Shown here in pieces: positions 1 through 12,401 of a DNA stretch of 64,000 bases. Both the position numbers and the translations under genes were made by a program. Source of the DNA: Octopus vulgaris (taxonomy: Eukaryota); assembly GCA_951406725.2 (NCBI GenBank), contig OX597834.1, forward strand, positions 31,062,001 to 31,126,000, given 5' to 3'. Positions within the stretch are counted from its first letter, which is position 1; each line of letters opens with the position of its first letter. The notes under the pieces were generated by a model. It was not told where the DNA came from. It saw only the letters and a list, made by a program, of their open reading frames with translations, and searched no databases.

Positions 1-23
1 GCAACGCCGGGCGATACTGCTAG
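1..23 (+). mobile_element. 3' end of a non-autonomous Helitron, truncated by the window start
   Basis: GCAACGCCGGGCGATACTGCTAG|T is identical to the 3' termini at 1032-1054 and 15090-15112 (hairpin arm, CTAG end, followed by T). Confidence 0.75.
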
Positions 24-37
24 TATATATATATATA

Positions 38-306
38 ATCAAAATAAGCAACAAGAATGACTCCGGTAATTTGGTACGATCGTTTCGTACTACATCATTT
101 TATTAAACGTTTTAAGTATTACAACAGATTTAAGTTGCTGAGTACTCATCAGCCAATTATAGAGGTTTTCCATTAATACAAAAATTTTCAAATCAGGTGG
201 CAACATTATAGAGAAGGTAGATATATAGACAAAGATGTGGATTTGAATGTTAAGAACATATGAGATAGTAGAGTCCACTGACTGACTAAAATCTGGTTGT
301 TCTGAC
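38..306 (-). mobile_element. Hammerhead-bearing short element (Penelope-like pLTR or retrozyme-like remnant) between (TA)n tracts
   Basis: About 270 bp of non-simple sequence bounded by TA runs on both sides and containing a canonical hammerhead. Family assignment is inferred from known PLE-associated hammerheads. Confidence 0.5.
68..158 (-). ncRNA. Type I hammerhead ribozyme, canonical core
   Basis: Minus strand reads TTGG-CTGATGA-GTACT-[49 nt]-AGTAC-GAAA-CGATCG-TA-CCAA. Stem I TTGG/CCAA, stem II GTACT/AGTAC, palindromic stem III, GUA cleavage triplet (cut between 75 and 74). Confidence 0.85.
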
Positions 307-661
307 TATAATATATATATATTATACACATTATATTATTTTTGTAATTTACTTAATCTTTACTTTTTATTGTTATTTAATTTTAACTTTTCTATTATAT
401 GTAATTTTCTAGATGGTGTAATTTAATTATTCATTTTGAATTGATAAAAGGTGTTTTTTTTTCTTATATTTTATATATATATTGTATTGTGTGGAATTTG
501 ATTTAGTATTTCTTAATTGAATTCTTTTTCCTTGTAAGTTTGGATTTTATTCCCTCAAATAATAATTATATATATATATAATTATAAAGTTAATCCAAAC
601 AAGACAGCACAAAAAACAAAACAAAAACACAACAACGCGAGGACGTGGAACAAATAATATA

Positions 662-1054
662 TCTTTATATATAAAAGTGAAGTTGTGTGTCCTCCTACGA
701 TTTAGATTCCTAACTACTTCCACATTTTGCGGTGCAGTTTAACCAAAACCGGGTATCTTATAGTCGTGATTCATATCGAGCCCTTCTGGGTATTAGCGCG
801 CGTCTACGCTGAGTCTACAATTTAAAGAAAAAATTACCATCATTTTTTTCCATTTTAATGCATTTTTTCGCTATTATATAAGGGAAGTAACTCTCTAAAA
901 TGTCTACGATGAGTCAACGATTTTTAAAAAAATTACCATCATTTTTTCCCCATTTTTAATGCATTCTTTTGCTATTTTTTGGCTATAACTCTCTAAAAAT
1001 GCTTATATAGTTATTTCCCTTACCAACCCGAGCAACGCCGGGCGATACTGCTAG
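662..1054 (+). mobile_element. Non-autonomous Helitron
   Basis: Starts A|TC, ends CTAG|T, subterminal GC hairpin CCCG..CGGG (1027-1042), no TSD. Internal ~100 bp tandem duplication (GTCTACG..TTACCATCATTTTT at ~803 and ~902). Confidence 0.85.
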
Positions 1055-1282
1055 TTATTATATATATTCATACAGACATACTCGGAGTACCGATAGAGAT
1101 TAATCTCAACGAGGTGTGTATGTGTGTATGCATATTGTATATACCGTATTTATTCCTGCATAAGTCACATTATATATTTGATTTTAGCTAAACACAACAA
1201 ACTAGGGTTACCATCTTATTCACAGGGTAAAAGTTAAAACTGGGAAGGGAAAAAAAACTGTACGAAGAATTAATAGTAAATA

Positions 1283-1359
<77 letters not shown>

Positions 1360-1407
1360 CATATATATATGCAAACACTCACACACATATGTACGTATTA
1401 CATGGTA

Positions 1408-1692
1408 TCAGGGTATCGACCAGACTGTCGCATGTTATACATCGCTGGTCACTATGCACTTTGCATTGTTTTAGCTTTCGATTGACGCCACCCCACTGGC
1501 TTAGGTGAACAGGCCAACATTGACTCCTGAGCAAAAAGCCAGTGTATTGCAGGGTGACCCGTTTACAGCTGAGTGGACTGGAGCAATGTGAATTGAAGTG
1601 TCTTGCTCCAAATACACCACGCACCACTTGATCCGAGAATCGAACCCATGATCTAGTGATTGTGCATCCTAACCACAATGCCACGCGCCTTC
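1408..1692 (-). mobile_element. tRNA-derived SINE (head 1, tail 1)
   Basis: Minus strand has an A-box-like TGGCATTGTGG and B-box GGTTCGATTCTC, a core GAGCAAGACACTT..CCAGTCCACTCAGCTG, and a 3' tail shared with 42600-42715. Confidence 0.7.
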
Positions 1693-2369
1693 ACACACAC
1701 ACACACACACAGAGTTATGGGGATGCATATCTATCTCTCTATTTAAAACTAGTCTGAGAAGTGCCAAAAAACGAAACTCTCGGCCCTTGAGTTACTCAGC
1801 TGCTTTTGCTAAATATTAACGTATGTATGTGTGCAAATACTGCTTTTTCTCGTGCGTAAGTTGCACTATTTTATACTTGATTTTAACCGAAAAACCTGGG
1901 GTGCGGCTTATACACGAGTTAATTCAGAAAACATATGTAAATATGTGGATTAGAGAGGTAGAGAGAAAGAGCAGGAAGATATTAAAAAAGGAAAAAAGAG
2001 AAAGAGACGAAAAGTTAGCTAACATGACAGATTTAGATAGATTAGCAGACAGTGATTGATTAAATTGATAGATAGAGAAGTAGGTTAAACGTACGTTTTC
2101 TTTCATAACCCATCTACTATCTATTTGCTTTTAATATTCATTATTCTCTTGCTTTCTTTAACACTCCACCTTCACTCTATCTATCGATCTATTTATCTAT
2201 CTGTCTTTTTTTTTTTTAAACCCTCCCCCTTTTTTGTCCTCTTTCTTTCTTTTTACGATCCCTTTTGATCGAAAACCAACCCGCTTTTTTTTACCCCCAA
2301 AAGAAAAGCTCTACCTTGTAATTTGTTCTGTCTGTGTGCAGCCCTGTGTGGCTAATAAAGAAACATATC

Positions 2370-2525
2370 TGTCTGTATATCTATCTATCTGTCTGCCTGT
2401 CCGTCTATCTATCTATCGATCTATTTATCTATCTGTCTGCCTCTCCGTCTATCTATCTATCTATCTGTCTGTCTATCTATCTATCTTTATCTATCTATCT
2501 GTCTGTCTGTCTGTCTATCTATCTG

Positions 2526-2604
<79 letters not shown>

Positions 2605-2720
2605 GTCTATCTCAATATGTCTGTCCGACTGACTGCCCGTCTATTTATTGATGTATCTGTCCGCTATCTATCATCGAACTGTCTGTCTGTTTATTAGATA
2701 TCTGTCTACCTTCTCATCTC
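2370..2720. repeat. (TCTA)n/(TCTG)n compound microsatellite
   Basis: Read directly. Similar tracts at 7250-7430 and 16860-17085. Confidence 0.95.
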
Positions 2721-3994
2721 TCTTTCTCTCTCTATGTCTATCTTATCTATTTATCCATCTGTTTGTATTTCTCTCTCTCTCTGAATGACACTTGTATCCA
2801 TCGTATATTATCTGCCGCAACAACTGTTACTCTCGAATCAAGTAACAAACATTAGAAGCTTCTCTCTCTCTCTCTCTCACTCACCTCTATTCACAATCGC
2901 TATCACGACGATCCAACGAGTGAGTTTCATAGCGGTCGCATGCGCTACTAGAAATAATTGAGTTTTCCTGAAATCACAGGCCACCCCTCATGTCTTATAT
3001 AATACAAAGAATACATAGGAGAAAATACGGGATAGTTAAAAGTGGAAGGCCTTTGATTTGATCAAAGGTTTACTCAACAAGGCCTGATCTGAAGTTAAAC
3101 ATCATCAACAACATTTATGCTGTCTTTTAATCACATGGTCTTAGGTGCACACTGCCAATGAAAAACAAAATGAGAAGGTCACGAATGGAAGGCTTCTGAT
3201 CCATTCATAGGCATGCTTAGAGTTTATCGGGGACTAAACTAATCATGGGCTACCTGCTGTTCGTGTGGCTTTCTGAATGATGCGCCTAACAACAAAATTA
3301 CTTTCAATTGATGATGTTAAGCCATGCCTAATGTGGCCCGCTTCTCGAGAACGGTTGCCCGTGCTTGGATTAAATAACATCAACATCACGTCGTCGTATT
3401 TTTGTTTTTATTTTTCATCGCTTTCCTCCCTTCTATCATATCTTCATTGCTATGTATCGTATCTTCTGATAATGTTACTATTATTAAACAACGATTTACA
3501 AAGCGAAAAAAAAAAGCTTCGTCCTCTCCGACTTAGCTAAAAAAAACCTTCATCCTTTCATTGCTGCGGCCCACGTCTGAGGTGAACCACAACAGCCCTG
3601 CTGTTTTTAAAAACGACACGTTAATTAATGTGATCCGAGCGGCATATTTTGGGGGGGGGGGGAAACGGGAAGGTCACGAATGGAATACTTCTGATCCATA
3701 GGGCTGCTGCTCTGTTAACAAAGTTTTATCTGGTTCTAAACAATTCATCACTGTTAATTAACTTCGCCGTAATTTTATTCGCTTTCTTTTCTTCCACCAT
3801 CTTTTAATCGCTATGTATTATATCTTGTAATAACGATGTTTCTATTATTATAAACTGACTTAACAAAGTTGCTACCCGACAAAAAAAAGCTAGCTACATC
3901 CTTCACGTCTCATCCACAGCTCACCTCTCTCTCTCTGTGTACACAATAACACGGTACAGGGCACCGGAGACGGCACTGAATACCTATCTCGTCT

Positions 3995-4005
3995 CTGATT
4001 GGTCG
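3995..4005 (-). promoter_or_regulatory. CCAAT box (NF-Y consensus)
   Basis: CTGATTGGTCG is the reverse complement of CGACCAATCAG, in a unique CpG-containing patch about 1.1 kb upstream of the NRF1-type site. Confidence 0.45.
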
Positions 4006-4158
4006 ATTATTATCCACTCCGGGTGAGATAAGGTGGCGAGGGGTGGAATGGTGGTTGCTGAAATACACAAGACAAAACCAGCATTTATGAAAGTTTCCCT
4101 ATTAACACACACACACAGAGACATATATATGTATATATTTATCCATATATATATATAC

Positions 4159-4214
<56 letters not shown>

Positions 4215-5137
4215 TTACATATATGTATATAATATTTACATATATATGTATATAATATTTACATATATATGTATATAATATTTACATATATATATATATA
4301 TAATATTTACATATAAAAGTATTTAAGGTGAAAATGAATAATTCCTCACCTTTTACTGCTTTTTCCAAATTCATTTTTATTTTCTCTAAAATTATATTGA
4401 CTGGAGTTTGAAAGAAATCAACAGTTTCATCTTTCTTATTACATACACACACACACACACACATACACATACACACACACCTATGTACATACAATTATGC
4501 GTGTATTTTTTTAAGGGTCACTATGAGTACGCATATGTTGCTTTCACTGTATGTATGTGTGTGTGTGTATGACAACACGCACACACATATACGTATGAGT
4601 ATGAAGTACATATCTGTATACACATGTATGTGTGTCACATTGAAGTTGTACACACACACACACACATACATACACGCATTCACACACGTGCGTGTGTATA
4701 TATATGAATGTGTATGTATATATGAATGTGTATATGTATATACGTGTGTGTGTTGCTTATATATGTATCAGTATGTACACATCTGTGTGAAGATGTGTCA
4801 CTATAGTACATCATCACTATGAACGGGCGTGTATATAAAAATATATATATGTCTGTGTGTGTGTGTGTCTTTGTTTATTTATCTTAGTGTGTGAAAGTGT
4901 ATGTATGTGTATGAGAAAACGAGAAAGATAGAAAAGAAGAGAGAGAGAGAGAGAGACTGAGCGAGAAAGAGATAGTAAGAGAAAGACAGAGTGAGTGAGT
5001 GTGTCTGCGTGCGTGCGTGTGTGTGTGTGTATGCGTGTATGTGTGTGTGTGTGTATGTGTATCTGTGTGTGCGTATGCATGCGTACGCGTATGTGTTTAC
5101 ATGCATGTATGTGTGAGTGTATGACCTAGATCCAACC

Positions 5138-5150
5138 TGACGCATGCGCA
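5138..5150. promoter_or_regulatory. NRF1/Ewg-type motif overlapping a CRE half-site; likely promoter
   Basis: TGACGCATGCGCA at the transition from (GT)n repeats into unique CpG-rich sequence upstream of the first coding exon. Confidence 0.55.
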
Positions 5151-6980
5151 GTGCAGCCAAGTCTCCCCACTAGTGTGGAGAACAGGTTGTTTGCTGGGCG
5201 GGTTTTCATCGCCAAAGCAAGAAGTTTTTCAACGTTGTTAAGAAGAAACAGAAGCAGGGGGGAAAAAAAAACGGACATATAAACTAATACAATCGCCGAG
5301 AGGAGAGAGAAAAAGGAAGGACACACAACCTACATATATATATATTTATATATACACATAAATATATATATATACACGCGTACATTTACAACGAGGTGGA
5401 ACAGTACTTATTCATACATTTTTATACACCACATATTTCTACATACATATATATTATATATGATTTACCCTTTACATACTGATATATACACGTATATATT
5501 ATACATTTTCAGACACATATATCTTACACGCTCAATTTTATACACGTAGAGTGGATGTTGGAAGCTGCTCTTTATGGCAACCCTCCATCAACCATCACCA
5601 CGATCGCTATATTTCTTCAAAGCCTTTCTATTGCCCTGACACTCTAGGTGTGTGTATGTGTGTATATATTTACGATCTGTATGTATATCTGTCTATCTAT
5701 GTGTATATAAGTGTGTAGTAGTGGTTCGTGGTAGCTTGTGTTTGTGTTTGTGTGGTGTTATTATCATGTGTACAGTTGTGTGTGCTGCGTGGTGTCGCCA
5801 GTGCGTGCGGGCGCGAGACTGCGTGTTGTTGTGCGTCGATGTGTGAGTCTTGCGTGCCCCCGTGTTTTGTGCCCCACTCTATATGTATGTGTGTGTGTGT
5901 GCGTATGTGTCTCCGTGTGTGTGTGTGTGACTGTGGTATGAATATGCGTGGTGCGGTGCGGTGCATGTGTGTGTGACAGCGCACGTGTCCATGTATGTGT
6001 GTGTGCGCGCGGTTGTGTGTGTGGAACCAGACAGCAGAAAGGAGTATAAACAAACCGACCCTCCTCCTTAGTGACACTACTACTACTACTACTACCACCA
6101 CAACAACAACAATATATGCACACATACTACTACTACTACTACAAGAAACACCTCTACTTTCAACCTGAAAACCCCCTGCCAGTAGTTCGATGCATTGGTG
6201 GAGGGGGTTTCTATTTGGATCACTCGGTACCGTTTAAAATCTTTTATATTTTTGGCTACACACACACACATACAAACACATATATAAATCGCATATCTAT
6301 ACCCCATCTCCCTCTCTCTCTCTATATATATACATATATTATTATCTTGATATATATATTTTTGGATCTTCCCCGACCTCTGCTCTCTGTGTGTTTTATT
6401 TTTCTGTTGCTATCGGAGGAAAAGGAAGACTTATTTTTTTTTGCATATAATTCTTCAAAGACGGGAGATTAATTAATAGCGGAAGGAAGGAAGAAAGGAA
6501 TAAGACGACTACATACAACAGCAAAAAAAAAAAAAAAAAAACGTGATTGCACAACAACAACAACAACAACAGTAGCAGCAACAACAATAATTGTACTATA
6601 AAAAAAAAAGAAGGAGGTGTTTAAGGAAACAAGATTGGATCCAACGCCCGTGGTGTCTTCGGGTGTATTTACCGATTCCCACGGCTCCGAAGAAATTCTC
6701 TTACATTCTCGATCCATCATCATCAGCAGTCATCCAGCCTTCCACCTTCGTCCTCCTTCATCATCGTTCGTTTCTACATCACCTTTATAAATCTTCTTCA
6801 CCTTATATCGTCGTTGCTGTTGTTGTTAATGTTGCTATTAACGTCGTTAACGTTATCACTATCATCATCTTCATCGTTATTATTATCACCACAACCACGA
6901 TCATCATCATCATCATCATCATCATCATTGTCGTCGTCTTCGTCTTCGTCGTCGTTTTCATCGACGTTGTTATCATCATC

Positions 6981-7122
6981 ATGATTCAGCATTCGGAAAA
7001 ACTGGATTCCATGAACGGATTGGTGCCTGTATCTTCTCCGACGTCGGCAGCTGCCGCGGCCGCTGCTGCTGTTGTCGCAGCCGCCACCGCCGCCGAACCC
7101 TCTCTAGCTGACACTGTCGAAG
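6981..7122 (+). CDS. Probable first coding exon of an unidentified gene (MIQHSEKLDSMNGLVPVSSPTSAAAAAAAAVVAAATAAEPSLADTVE; phase-1 donor)
   Basis: ATG with A at -3, abrupt GC/CpG-rich codon-like sequence, mixed-codon poly-Ala tract, and a consensus donor AAG|GTAAGT at 7122/7123. No recognisable domain. Confidence 0.7.
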
Positions 7123-7249
7123 GTAAGTGTGATCATTGATTATATATATATATATATACACACACACATATATATATATATATATAAATAAATATATATA
7201 AAGTTCTATGTTTCTATATCTTGCTATATATATTAATCGATATATCTAT

Positions 7250-7251
7250 GC

Positions 7252-7304
<53 letters not shown>

Positions 7305-7329
7305 ATGCCGAACTATATATTTGTTTGCT

Positions 7330-7374
<45 letters not shown>

Positions 7375-7397
7375 TTGTACCGACTATACAATATCTT

Positions 7398-7431
<34 letters not shown>

Positions 7432-7455
7432 ATGCCGAACTATATATTTGTTTGC

Positions 7456-7510
<55 letters not shown>

Positions 7511-7518
7511 TGTACCGA
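7250..7518. repeat. Tandem duplication (~130 bp unit) of a microsatellite-embedded segment
   Basis: ATGCCGAACTATATATTTGTTTGC..(TA)n(CA)n..CTTGTACCGA occurs twice. Confidence 0.85.
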
Positions 7519-8325
7519 TATACACAAATATCTATACAAACATACATACACACACAGTTCATGTGTATACCTATAAGATCCAATCGTTTTCCACTTACAC
7601 TGCGTGAGATAACTGTTACATCACACTCACCCGTATATACATCCATCTACACATGCATTTAATGCGCACATACACACATTTAATCAGACGAAACACAGTC
7701 GTTATCACATGTATAAGAAAAGTATTGCTACATGAATTATGTATCACATGTATTCTACACTCATCTGTATGTATACATACAGCTACACGCCTATATACAC
7801 AGGCATGTTTATAATCCTTTTATACCGTTATAGTATATAAAAATATATATATATACACACCAAATGGAAGCAATTAAATGTCTTACGAGGCACCTGCTAT
7901 CGTGTATATATATATATATATACACGCGTGTGATATATGTATGTGTTGTATATCTCAGTGTATGAAATATGCAACTGAACTAAGTGTGGAGGGATAAAAC
8001 ACATATAGGTGTCTCTGTGTATATATACAGACAATCGCATATATATATATATATATATATATATAAACACATGCTTTTATGTATCACACGCTTGTATACC
8101 CACGCGCGCGCGCACACATCTTTTGACAGGAAATCAGACATTTCATATCCTCCAGACATTTGCTTCTTGAAGGATTTATCGATCCTGTTCGAAGAGTTTA
8201 TCGGCCCTTATTTACCTATTTCTACCTCTTTGCTCTTGTGCCGAACCCCGCTAAAGTTGCAGGGGGGTCATTAAAGGGAGCCGCAGACATAAACAAGGGC
8301 ATACACATACATGCTTCATTATGTA

Positions 8326-8382
<57 letters not shown>

Positions 8383-8544
8383 GTATGTATGGATGGATGG
8401 ATAATACGTGATGTTGCTAATGATAATTATAAATAAATATCTAATGATGGTGTAGCTGTAAGCTAGTAGATGAGTAAAATTTATCAAATCCTGTCATAGT
8501 TAATTGGGACTAGTGGAATAAATCAACTAGTGATATTGTGTGCG

Positions 8545-8580
<36 letters not shown>

Positions 8581-9678
8581 CATTACAGTGTTGGCTTTTG
8601 TACATTGTTTCGTTACCCAATTCTACTCACATGAAGCTATGGTAGCAAACGTTTAGCCAAGGTGACCTGCCGTGGTATTGAACCCGGAAACACAACGTTG
8701 CGAGACGAGCTCCTTGTACCACACAACCACAGCCAGACCTAATATGTATGTATGTGCTTGGCTGCGTGTGTGTGTACACACAAATACATACACACACACA
8801 CATATATATACATGCTCACGCATACTCACTATACCTACTCGCATACCTCTCATCACACAAATGTGTATGTGTATATATATATATATATATCTTTGTGTGT
8901 GTGTATGTATATATACATACATACATACACGCACCTACACATACACCTGATATTACATAATTCTCCCCACCTGTCTGTCTATATACCCTTCGCGCAAAAA
9001 TCAGCTTATCAGAGTTATACACACTTATCTGTCTGCTTGTTTATCTAAATATATATATATACACACACACACACACCACCGCCACTATTCCACAGAATGA
9101 CACATCATAGATTACACTATCTCTCTCTCTCTCTCTCTCTCTCTCCACACACACACCTTTATATATCTATATATACACGTGTACTACTTATACATACACC
9201 CTTTAGTTTTTGGGCTGTTTGTAAATGTTAGTAAATAAAAGAAAACATAAAACCATTGACATATATATATATATGTGGAGTTGGCTCCATTTAGCTGTTT
9301 GAATACTGCCCATTAACCATTTGTCCTCTGGGTTGTGCTTTGGACATTTATCTATATCTCCGTTATGATATTATATATATATATAATCAATAAAAGTTAT
9401 GATATTATATATATATATATTATAGTCAATATATTTATAGTCAATATCAGAAAAGATGTGTGTATGTAATGCACATGTACGTGTAGGTGATGTGTGTGTG
9501 TATAATATATATATATAGGCTGAATGTCTGTGATGTGTATTTATATATATATTGGTAATCTGCGTGTGTGTGTGTGATGTATGTGTGTATGTATATCTCT
9601 AAGTATATTATATATATATATAAAGTGTTTAGTTAACTAGAAATTGTGTTGAAAAGTGCCGTTCAAAAGGAAAAGATC

Positions 9679-9724
<46 letters not shown>

Positions 9725-9739
9725 AAAGAATACATATGA

Positions 9740-9804
<65 letters not shown>

Positions 9805-10163
9805 ATAGTTGTATGGATCTTTATATAGGTGACTGGATATGAGTGTGTAAACTTGTTTAAATATGTCTTTAGATATACGCGTGTATCAGCGTATATAACA
9901 TCAGTATGTCGAAAGTCTACTTTTGAAACAACTGTACATATACGCACAAATACTGTGAGTATACACAAACGTATATACCATGTATAAGCCCATTTCTATA
10001 TATACTATATGTTTGTATATATGTATATAAACTGTGTCTGTACACATGTATTTATATATACTGTAAGCGGACACATGTATATATTGAGTGTATATTTACA
10101 GGTATGTACTATGTAAATATACATATGCATACGTACATACGAATATATATATATACACATACG

Positions 10164-10196
<33 letters not shown>

Positions 10197-10489
10197 ATGC
10201 AATTTCTATACGTATACCTATATATGTATATATACTCGTACGTACATACATACTATGTAATCAGTAAAATCTAGGTGTCTGATGGAGGCTGACATGTTTG
10301 TTTTACAGGTGAAACTACCGTGATTATTGTAGTGTGAATAATTGTCTGCAGCTATTGTAATGCCTTGTTATTTAGTGTACCCGGGAAGTGTGTGTGTGTA
10401 TGTGTATACATATAAAATGTCTTGCATAAACTTTCAATAAATGTAATCTGCGTTTTATGGTTGTTGAGTTTAATGTAATCTTTGAGTGA

Positions 10490-11740
10490 TCCAGCTGACC
10501 AAACGATTTTAGTCAGTGGGTAATCCAGGGTTGATTCTGCTAATCTGACCTGCCTTTATTGAAAAGACAGTCAGGTGTGATTTGAGGGAGATTTAGTTAC
10601 TGTTTCGAATGTAAACTTTTGGCGGAGGTAAAGAATACGCACACCACCCGTTTTCGGCCTAACCCTTAAACCCTAACCACCAGGTTTTAACAGATCTGTG
10701 TTGGTTTTTAGCTCCAGCTTAAACATAATCCAGCTGACCATCCTGTTTCCTTTTAGGAAAGTACAGGACCACATTATCTAATGTGTTCCTGTCCTTGTTT
10801 AAGGCAGTAAAGTCATTTATTTGAGGGAGATTTGACTGCTGTTTCTAATGTAACTTTTTAGAAGCTCTGTGTTGGTTTTTAGCACCAGTTGAAACGTCAT
10901 CTCACAGGCAAGCCTGATTTTTTTTTAGGGGTAATGTAGGACTGATTTATCTGTTGTGACTTACAGGCTTGTCCTACACTTACAGGTGCCGGTATCACAT
11001 AAAAAGTACCCATGCCGGTGCTGCGTAAACGCACCCAGCACAGTGTTAAGTTGTTGGGATTAGGAAGGGCACCCAGCAATAGAAACCATGTCACAGAAAC
11101 AGACAATTGGAGTCTGGATAGCGCCAAGTTCAAACCGTCCAACCCATGCCAGCATGGAAAACGGACGTTAAACGATGATGAGGATGGTTTAAAAGCTGGC
11201 TAGATGTAAACGTAAGGGAGATTTGGTCGCTATTTCAGCGTAATCTCTTAAGACTTCCGTGTTGATTTTTTTAGTATCAGCTTAACTGAATCAGCTGATC
11301 ATCTTGTGTTTTATACAGGAGTCTTGCAAAAGTTCACATTATCTAATGTCATGCTCCTATTTAAAAGACAGTCAAGTGTGATGTGAAAGGAGATTTGGTT
11401 GTTATTTCTAATGCGTTGCTTTTTAACACCAGGTTAAACGTGATCCAACTGATCGTCTTGTTTTCATTTAGGGGTGTTCCTCCTTCACGTATTTAAGACA
11501 GGTGTTATTTAAGGGAAATTTGGTTGCTATTTCTAGCATAGTCTTTTAGGAGGTCTGTGTTTGTTTCTAGCACCAGGTGAACTCTGATCCACCGGACCAT
11601 CTTGTTTTTTTAGGAGTATGATTGAATTTGATGTACCCTATTTATTTCTATTTCATTTAAGGCGGTAGGAAGGTACGATTTGAGGGAGATTTGGTCGCTA
11701 TTTCTACAACGTCGGACGACCGCTAAGAAGTTTTCTCTTT
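10490..11740 (+). repeat. Degenerate tandem array of about 6 units of a dispersed repeat, interrupted by a SINE at ~10985-11182
   Basis: GGGAGATTTGG(T/C)..TATTTCTA-like motif recurs at ~10586, 10825, 11216, 11389, 11513 and 11683, alternating with a GATCCAGCTGA(C/T)CATC-like motif. Confidence 0.75.
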
Positions 11741-11864
11741 GACTCGTTATAGAGTTCTATTATTTTTTTTTTTATTGGTTTCATGACTTATGTATTGTAC
11801 GTAAAGGTAGCTACGATAAAGTGGACAGATATACGAGGTCTCTCTTTCTCTTTACACACCTCTT

Positions 11865-11919
<55 letters not shown>

Positions 11920-12094
11920 TGGACAATCGAAAGAAGAGGGCACTCAACACATTTAGTAAGAGTTACATGTATTATTTAAAACAGTTTCAGTTCCGTGCTA
12001 CTTCAAGTTTTGCAGTCCCATAACGGGAACCTGACTCCTTCGGGACTGAAAGAGTCTAGCTCCCGTTAGTGGCTTGCATACATACACACACACA

Positions 12095-12401
12095 CAGGGC
12101 CAGATTCAGACCGAGTGGGCTCCTACTATTTTTGCTAATTTAAAACAGGATAACAAGGAAGGCCCTATGAAATCTAAAAGGGTCCAGTAAATTAAAAGAG
12201 GGCTCAGTAATTTTAAAAGAACTTTACTCGATTAAGAATAATTCAAACAAGTTAGAAAACTATTACAGATTATTAATTTGATTGCTGTAAATATATTTTG
12301 AAATTAACTCCAAGCTTTAGACTTCTCTGAGTTAAAGGAGCCCCTTCAATGTTTGGGGGTGGGTGCCTCTGGAATATAGCCTATACATATATCCGGCCGT
12401 G
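12095..12401. mobile_element. hAT-type MITE
   Basis: Imperfect TIRs CAGGGCCAGAT / ATCCGGCCGTG. Confidence 0.5.

Noticed and set aside
6591-6980. 5' extension of the 182-aa ORF with a hydrophobic poly-I/V stretch
   Set aside because: Starts at TTG and is built from (ATC)n/(GTC)n repeats, so it is more plausibly 5' UTR. The first ATG of the ORF is at 6981.
10296-10340. Strong-looking acceptor TTTGTTTTACAG|GT as exon 2
   Set aside because: The phase-compatible frame stops after nine codons and no donor follows.
10655-10680. CCTAACCCTTAAACCCTAACC telomere-like motif
   Set aside because: Only about three degenerate units; too short to call an interstitial telomere.
10490-11740. CRISPR-like repeat-spacer array
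   Set aside because: Eukaryotic context; units are long, degenerate and related along their length, with no cas genes.
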